DNA from: Eledone cirrhosa
Taxonomy: Eukaryota
Reading direction: 5' to 3'
NCBI GenBank assembly: GCA_964016885.1
Contig: OZ024745.1
Coordinates: 85,808,001 to 85,872,000 of the forward strand
DNA length: 64,000 nt
The position numbers and the translations under genes were made by a program. Positions 54,969 through 64,000 of this stretch are shown piece after piece. The notes under the pieces are model-generated. The model ran no database searches. It saw nothing but the letters and a program-made list of their open reading frames with translations, and was not told where the DNA came from. Position 1 is the first letter of the stretch. Every line of letters starts with the position of its first letter.

Positions 54969-57900
54969 TCAAAAGTTCTATTTAAATTGTTGGGATACAA
55001 CAAGCAAATATTTTTATAACTGATATAAAGCACTCGACAAGTATTTGGAGTAAATATACGATATTAACAAATGGAAACTATATTTATAAAACCATATCTA
55101 TTTTATTATACATATTTCAAGGATACCATGTTAAATTACTGTCCGTTAAATAACAATTGCTTAGCTAAAAATGTAGTTCATAATTGTAATGTAAAAACTA
55201 ATTTAAATTCATTTAATTATGTCGGGTCTACCTCCACAGAGTTTAAATCCCGCTTCAATAATCATAAAAATTATTTTACAGATCCAAACAAAAAATCTTC
55301 AACTTCGCTATCTAGCCTATTATGAGACCTAAAACGAGATAATGTTGAATATTCGCTGATTTGGAATATTATTTCAGAAGCTACTCCTTTTAATTCCTCT
55401 TCAGAAAATTGCGATCTTTGTATAGAGGAAATATTCTTTATATTAAAGACCAAAAATTCCCTAAATTTAAGGAATAATTTATTCAGTTGCTGCAGACATA
55501 GATTGAACTCAACGTTTAAATATAAATATAAATTTAAAATGTAGTATAATTAATTATGTAATTTAGTTAATATATGAAACCTGTCGATAAATCATTAGAT
55601 TCCTTCACCTTTTTCATTTTCTTTAGTTAAGTACTCAAGTAAAAATAAATTTTCTTCCTAAATATAAATATAAATATAATAAACTATTCTAGAGAAATAT
55701 ATTGAGATCTTGAAAGTAGAAAATATTTCCTATTTCTTATATTTTTTCTCTTTGCATATCTTTCATATTTTTCATTTTTATATTTTTTTATATTTTATTT
55801 ATTTTTTTATTTTTTATTTTTTATTTTTTATTTTTTATTTTTTATTTTTTATTTTTTATTTTTTATTTTTTATTTTTTATTTTATTTTTTATTTTTTATT
55901 TTTTATTTTTTATTTTTTATTTTTTATTTTTTATTTTTTATTCTTTATTTTTTATTTTTTATTTATTTTTTATTTTTTATTTTTTATTTTTTTTTTATTT
56001 TTTATTTTTTATTTTTTATTTTTTATTTTTTATTTTTTATTTTTTTTTTTATTTTTTATTTTTTTTTTTTATTTTTTATTTTTTTTTTTTTTTTTTTTTT
56101 TTATTTATTTTTTATTTTTTATTTTTTTTTTTTATTTTATTTTTTTTTTTATTTATTTTTTATTTTTTATATTTTATTTTTTATTTTTTATTTTTTATTT
56201 TTTATTTTTTATTTTTTATTTTTATTTTTAATTTTTAATTTTTAATTTTTTATTTTTTATTTTTTATTTTTTTTTTATTTTTTTTTTTTTTTATTTTTTA
56301 TTTTTTTTTTTTTTTTTATTTTTTATTTTTTTTTTTATTTTTTTTTTTTATTTATTTTTTTTTTATTTTTTTTTTTTTATTTTTTTTTTTTATTTTTTAT
56401 TTTTTTTTATTTTTTTTTTATTTTTTATTTTTTAATTTTTTTTTTTTTTTTTTATTTTTTTTTTATTTTTTTTTTTTTTTAATTTTTTTTATTTTTTTTT
56501 TTTATTATTTTTTTTTTTTTTTTTTTTTTAATTTTTTTATTTTATTTTTTTTGTATCTATTTTTTTTTATTATTTTTTATTTATTTATTTATTTATTTTT
56601 TTTATTTTTTATTTTTTTTTTATTTATTTTTTATTTTTTTTTTATATATATATATATATATTTTTTTTTTGTTTATTTATTTTTTTTTTTTTTAATTTAT
56701 TTATTTTTTTTTTAGGTTTGTTTTTTATTCTCATAATTTTCGAACGTTTATCCTTTCAATATCTTGAATAAAATATACGTAAGATAAATTTCTATACTAA
56801 TTCTATTAAACATTATTTTAACTTAAAATATTCTATAATATTTTGAAATATTTTAATATTTTAATATTTTAGAATTCTTTTGTTTTTAAGTTATATTGAT
56901 ATAATTATATTTCCAAAATATAATCCTTTTGTATTTTATGTACTCAATTATACTATGTAATATATTGATGTATACTTATCTCTATACGAGTATGTATGTA
57001 TATGTGTGTATTAACATACATATACATGTGGTATATGCATTTTTATGAATATAGGTCTGTCTGTATATATGAATGAGTGACGCGTGTCTACCAATTGGGT
57101 GATGCACACACATGTGTATATATGTATATGTAAGAATTGTGTCTGTACATGTACATGTGTACCCATACAATTTGATTGCAGATAGGCATAATTTAACAGC
57201 CATAAATGCATGAAAACTAATCCTATATATTTTATATATATATATATTAAAATTTTTTATTTAATAACAAAAGGGATATATAACATTAATAATAAAATAT
57301 ATCATTTATGCTTTGTATGTATATATTATATACGGGAGTAGATATGTGTATATTCTGAGTGTATATATATATATATATTTATGTATATTTTTTGCGTGTG
57401 TGTGCGTGTTATATGATAGGTAATTTCCTCAAGCAATATATAGATTTCTTAATGTTTAAATTCCAATTTTTAATATATTGATCTAAATTCTTAAACTAAA
57501 TATCTAATCATAGTTAAACAATGATTAATTTCTCATATTATATATATATATTCCATTCATGAATATTAATATCTCTAATTTTATTTATTCATTTCATCTC
57601 AATTGTTAACTTAACTTAATATGACATGACTTAAGGTTTTCGTTCTATCACCCTCTCTCTATCTCTATATTTCTCTCTTTTGATTTTTTCTCTGTCTGCT
57701 GTTTTGATATCTCTCTCTCCTTTTTCTTTTTTTCTTTTTTTCTTTTTTTCTTTTTTTCTTTCTTTCTTTTTTTCTTTTTTCTTTTTTCTCTTTTTCTTTC
57801 TTTATATCTCCCTTTCTTTCTCAACTTTTCTCTCTCTCGGTTTTTCTCTCTCTCCGTCTTTTTTCCTTCTCTGTAACACAATGACTTACTAAGATAAACA

Positions 57901-58043
57901 AATCCAATATCCTGATGTCTTCCAAAAGTAACGGTTGCATTTTCAAAGGGTATGTTAACATTTATTTATAAAACTGGTATATATTGTATTTTGTTTGATG
58001 AAAGCATACCATAATTTAACATGGTATCCTTGAAATATTTATA
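54969..58043 (+). mobile_element. Family C PLE 3' part (GIY-YIG remnant 55140-55544, UTR, HHR ~57989-58043) with inverted pLTR 54969-55140
   Basis: CPLNNNCLAKNVVHNC..YVGSTSTEFKSRFNNH; UTR colinear with 13033-14790. The (TTTTTTA)n tract is expanded to ~900 bp at 55790-56720. Confidence 0.88.
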
Positions 58044-58157
58044 TATTATATATATATATATTATATATATATTATATATATATATATATTATATATATAA
58101 AAATATATATATGTTATATTATATATATATATATATATATATATTATATTTATATTA

Positions 58158-58264
<107 letters not shown>

Positions 58265-58327
58265 ATACATATTATATATATATATATATATTATATATAT
58301 ATATAGTATTTATATATATATATACAT

Positions 58328-58796
58328 TTACAATATTAAATAAATGGAAAACTATATTTATAAAACCATATTTATTTCATTATATATATTTCGGGGATAT
58401 CATATTAACAATATGCTATGCCTTCATCAGACAAAATACAATATAAACAGTTTTATAGATAAATATATTCGACATACCGTAATAAACATCAACTTCATTT
58501 GAAGAGGTTTACTCTAGCAGTGAAAATACAGAGAGAAAGAAAGAGAGAAAGAAAAGAGGGAAAAACGAAAGAAAGAAAGACAAAACGAAGAGAAGGAAGA
58601 AAAAGACGAAAAAGAAAAAGAAGAAATGCATGGAACAAAATAGAGAGATGGAAAAATAGATAAAGTGAAGAGCTTCATGTAAAGAGACAGAAAGATATAT
58701 ATATATATAGAGAGAGGAAATAGAGATAGATACATATATATATATAGAAAATTAGGTAGTGGGAGGTCATTTTGAGTAAGTGTATCAATGATACAT

Positions 58797-58831
<35 letters not shown>

Positions 58832-59640
58832 GCTCAAGTATTAATGTAAGGGAGATATATAGAGAGATATAGAGAGATATAGAGAGAGAAAAAAATTTTA
58901 AAATATCCAGACATATTCGAGGCGTAGAAAACCCTATGTTTTAATGTATTAGTATTTATATATTTATAAAACTTACACTACACTGTAAATATCAGTATTC
59001 CTGAATGAAACAAGTATTCACAATGTGTGAAAATTCATTATCTTATGTTTAGTTTTAAAAATGCATATGTCTATGTGACATCTACAAATCTCAATTTGAA
59101 TCCAACTGATTCACTCCGCAAACTCTAAGTTATCAGAAAACATTCTCAATGTGGTATAAAAATTTGAGCGTATTATTATTCTTGCGATTATTCTACAAGA
59201 TTATCTATCAAGCAGAAATAGAGAGCAGATTTCAATATACTAATCGAAAATATATATTATATTATAAACATAATAATAAGTAAAAATATAGAATAGAAAA
59301 CTAAAAAAATATTACGAAAGTATATTACATAATAAAAATATTGCATATTAAAAATACTACGTATTAAAAAATATTACGTATTAAAGATTTACATATAAAA
59401 ATTTACATATAAAAATATACATATAAAAATTTACATATAAAAATTTACATATAAAAATATATAAAAATATTTTTAAAAAAAATAAATAAATAAAATAAAT
59501 AAAATAAAAATAAAAATATTATAGAATACTACAATACTAAAAGAATAAAAGTAAAAATAAAAATAAAAATAAAAATAAAAATAAAAATGAAAATAAAAAT
59601 AAACCACAAAAAAAAAAAAAAAAAAAACCCTTCAAAGTTA
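58328..59640 (-). mobile_element. Family C 3' UTR/pLTR fragment (HHR ~58375-58436)
   Basis: Colinear with 42063-43195. Confidence 0.85.
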
Positions 59641-59744
59641 TATACATTTATATATATATATAAATATGTTATATATATATATATATATGTTATATTATAT
59701 ATATATATATATGTTATATTATATATATATATATATAAATATAT

Positions 59745-59800
<56 letters not shown>

Positions 59801-59869
59801 CATATATATTTTATATATATATATATTATATATATATATGTATATGTATATATATGTAATAAAATGAAA

Positions 59870-59962
59870 ATTCAGGCTGTTCAGTTTGTTTACAAACGAA
59901 CAAAGCGGGCGTTATAATAAGCGTCCGCTAAACTGATACGTGCATATATGTATGTGTACCTG

Positions 59963-60002
<40 letters not shown>

Positions 60003-60712
60003 ACGAAAGGACTATGACTATATATAAAGAACTATCTGGTTGTGGAACCAACCAACCAACCAGAAATTTATAAATAACTAAATTTATAAATGTATTATAA
60101 GAAATTGAAGTAAAATCAACTGGTGCGTGTGTTTCTTATTGGCAACATGACCCTCCCAAAGTATAACTATATATATATATATATATATATATGCATGCTA
60201 CTGTACGTCTGTATACATATATGTATGTACGTATACATACATACTTACATTTAAGTAAGTGCCGTACTAAGAGTGAGAAATGAAATTTCGTTTTCATTTT
60301 ATTACAACTTATCGTTTTCGGTACACCTGGCCGTCTGAACTCACTCGATATGCAAATTAGGCTACTCAGCCGTTAATTTTCATAAGGAAAGTATATACTT
60401 TCGAACGTTCAACCATCTGGCAGAAGGGTATACGGTGCTGATGATAGCTAACAAACTTGAAACTAGTACATCGTTCCTGTGTCAGTGTTGAACAAAAAGG
60501 TGACGTGGTTGCCTTAACACCGTACGGCATAAATTTAGGCTGTTCAGTTTGTTTACAAACGAACAAAGCGGGCGTTATAATAAGCGTCCGCTAAAATGAT
60601 ACGTGCATATATGTATGTGTACCTGTATGTATATATTTTATATATATATATATGCATGCTACTGTACGTCTGTATACATATATGTATGTACGTATACATG
60701 CATACTTACATA
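59870..60712 (+). repeat. Divergent family A array (HHR 60432-60474), interrupted by a family O tail at 60000-60168
   Basis: 59874-59970 repeats at 60537-60635, and 60190-60250 repeats at 60652-60710. Confidence 0.8.
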
Positions 60713-60720
60713 TATATATA

Positions 60721-60778
60721 TACTCTTTTACTCTTTTACCTGTTTCAGCCATCCGGCTGAGGCCATGCTGGGGCACCG
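60721..60778 (-). mobile_element. SINE 3' tail fragment (octopus-type)
   Basis: Minus strand CGGTGCCCCAGCATGGCC..GCTGAAACAGGTAAAAGAGTAAAAGAGTA; recognised from memory of octopus SINE tails. Confidence 0.6.
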
Positions 60779-60969
60779 TGTATATATATATATATGTATT
60801 ATATATATATATTATATATATGTATTATATATATATATATTCTATATATATTATATATATATAATATATATATATATATTATATATATATTATATATATA
60901 TATTATATAAATATATATTATATATATATATATATTATATATATATATTATATATATATATTATATATA

Positions 60970-61022
<53 letters not shown>

Positions 61023-61059
61023 ATATATATTATATATTATATATATATATATATTATAT

Positions 61060-61493
61060 ACGATATTAAATAAATGGAAACTATATTTATAAAACCATAT
61101 TTATTTCATTATATATATTTCAGGGATATCATATTAAAAATATGCTATGCCTTCCTCAGACAAAATACAATATAAACAGTCTTATAAATAGATAGATTCG
61201 ACATACCTTTCAACATCGACTTCAATTTGAAAAGTTGAATTGAAGTCGATGTTGAAAGGTATGTCGAATCTATCTATTTATAAGACTGTTTATATTGTAT
61301 TTTGTCTGAGGAAGGCATAGCATATTTTTAATATGATATCCCTGAAATATATATAATGAAATAAATATGGTTTTATAAATATAGTTTCCATTTATTTAAT
61401 ATCGTAAATATACTCCAAATACTTGTTGAGTGCTTTTATATCAGTTATAAATATTTACTCGTTGTTAACCCAACAATTTAAATAAAACTTTGC
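61060..61493. mobile_element. Family C fold-back palindrome with two hammerheads (~61104-61165 minus, ~61300-61361 plus)
   Basis: Perfect ~165-bp arms around CAATTTGAAAAGTTGAATTG; the right arm has ~88 bp of extra tail. Confidence 0.88.
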
Positions 61494-61662
61494 ATATATA
61501 TTATATATATATATTATATATTATATATATATGTTATATATACAGATCATATATATATTATATATATATATTACATATATATATATTATATATATATATT
61601 ATATGTATATATATATTATATATATATATATTATATATATATATATTATATATATATATATT

Positions 61663-61745
<83 letters not shown>

Positions 61746-61819
61746 GGGGGTGAGTTTTATTGTAGTACAATAAAGCAATGCAGATATCGGATATGTAACA
61801 CTCTACAATTTGTAGGACT

Positions 61820-63650
61820 TTAAAAACACTTGTGAATAGTGCAGTTTTAAATCAACATATGAAAAGTAGTTTTAGAGTGATGTGTTATATTGGGAAAAAG
61901 ATGAGGGGGGATTTGGAAAGGATGAAAAAGAGGAGGAGATGAGAGTAAAGAATGGAGGGGGAGGAATATAATAAGAAAGGATGAGATAGGAGGAAAGATG
62001 GGTGATAGAGAGAGAGACAGATTTTATAACTGAGAAAAATATATTGTTTTACAGAGAGAGGTTAAAAAACCGTTGGAAGATAATATATAAATTAAAAGAA
62101 TTTGAAAATTAACGAAGAGAAAAATTTAAGAATAATGTTAAATTAAGGGTTTAATAATATGTGCGATGAAAAGAAATTGTTAATATGTATTAAGAATAAT
62201 ATTAAGTTAAGGTTTGAATAATGATGGGTTTAATAATATGTGCGATGGAATGTTTTCTCTCTGCCTGCATAAATTCCACAGAACATTCCATAAAGTATAC
62301 AGCTAATATCTAATACTTTACAAATTTAAAATCCTTTTTCTCAAAGGCACATATATATATATACATATATTTCTTTAAAAATATACCCATCTTCTACCTT
62401 ATTTCAATGTTATTTATTATACATTATATAATACTAGTTACCCATTCTATATCATTCCTATTTATCACTTCCCTTTCTTCCTTTTTTTCCTTTTTTCTTT
62501 TAATTTTTAACCTCTAATCTGTACCCTTTCTTCCTAGATACTTCTCAATTCTCATTATTACTCACCACAATATATCCACTCTTCCTTCTTCCATCCTATC
62601 ACTGGCCATAAAACTTACTATTACCCTTTTAAATACTTTATAGTATCACCTTGAAAAATCCTTCGCAAACATAAACATTTTTTGTTACGTTAGATTATTC
62701 ATCCTCAATTCATTAGTTTTTTCTCCCTTTCAGGCTATCTAACTTCTACATATTACACATCACAACACATAAAAACAAACTTAAACCCTAACTAATCTCC
62801 TTTATTACATTATATTATTACCATTAGGAAATACTTCATAAACATACATATTTTGATGTTAAGGTCTTCTTAAACACTATCTCCTTCTTTGCTTTCTGCG
62901 CTCATTTGTAAACAAACTATTTACATATATTACACATACATATTACTTTACATAAAAACATACTTAAACAATAACTAATTCCTCTAAATTCATAATTCAT
63001 CCACTCTTCTACTTCTGTTCACAATATATCCTTAATAACATTACTATTTTTATTTTAATAATACATATCAACAATTTCTTCCCATCGCACATATTATTAA
63101 ACACTTCAATATTCAAACCTTAACTTAATAATATTCTTAATACATATTAACAATTTCTTTTCATCGCACATATTATTAAACCCTTCAATATACAAACCTT
63201 AATTTAACATTATTCTTAATTGTTTCTCTGCGTTAATTTTCAATTTCTTTTAATTTATATATTATCTTCCAACAATTTTTTAACCTCTCTCTGTAAAAAA
63301 AATATATTTTTATAAGTTATAAAAGCTATCTCTCTCTCTATCACCCATCTCTCCTCCTATCTCATCCTTCCTTATTATACTCCTCCCCCCTCCATTCTTT
63401 ACACTCATCTCCTCCTTTTTTCATCCTTTCCACCCCACCCCCTCATCTTTTTCCCAATATCACACATCAATCTTAAACTACTTTTCATATGTTGACTTAA
63501 AACTGCACTATTCACAAGTGTTGTTTAACCTTCATATCATGTCTCCCTATTTTATATGACGAAAACGCAAATGTCATCATATGATGATATTTGTTTTTGA
63601 AATGCGCATAATAAAATACATGGAACTATTTTAACCATCTTTTGATCTTA
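61820..63650. mobile_element. Family M element with diverged inverted arms (~61825-62250 and ~63070-63522) and a degenerate hammerhead at ~63548-63618
   Basis: Reverse-complement match of the arms. (A)TGACGA-long stem II-GAAA-t-gcgc-ATA-ATAAAA, with C3 lost. Confidence 0.6.
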
Positions 63651-63685
63651 TATATTATATATATATATATATTGTATATATATAT

Positions 63686-63836
<151 letters not shown>

Positions 63837-63874
63837 TATATACATATATATACAGAGCCCTGGTTTTCTGTTGA

Positions 63875-63956
63875 GCTCTGCTGATGATTGAAATTCCAAC
63901 CGTGACCATCTCCACTGAAAGTTTTCATGAAATAGTCTTTTAAGACTATACAGAGC
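63875..63956 (+). ncRNA. Type I hammerhead, family I second copy
   Basis: GCTCTG-CTGATGA..GAAA-TAGTCTT/AAGACTA-TA-CAGAGC. Confidence 0.8.
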
Positions 63957-64000
63957 ATTTGATGTTATTCCAAATTGAAGGATAAGTGTTTCAAACTTTA

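Overview
AT-rich animal genomic DNA with no recognisable host gene. The tRNA-type SINEs resemble those of octopus, so a cephalopod host is likely (inference). The window is a mosaic of retroelement pieces separated by (TA)n/(TG)n microsatellites. It holds decayed Penelope-like elements (PLEs: RT plus C-terminal GIY-YIG endonuclease, two different clades), two RTE-type LINE fragments and several SINEs. Most of the non-coding unique blocks carry a type I hammerhead ribozyme (HHR). By manual reading there are roughly 50 HHR copies in about 16 sequence families, including variant cores (U3-A8 swap, U4C, U4A). Several families have no ORF and form tandem arrays of 420-593 bp with one HHR per unit, resembling retrozymes or circular-RNA-derived repeats. 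Two of them (A and B) are homologous, show compensatory changes in the ribozyme stems and share an octamer, a TATA-like box and an oligo-T layout. Many insertions are fold-back palindromes with one long and one short arm, and the fold point often sits on a pre-existing hairpin, in one case ribozyme stem II. Family letters are my own labels, coordinates were read by eye, and no ribozyme activity is shown.
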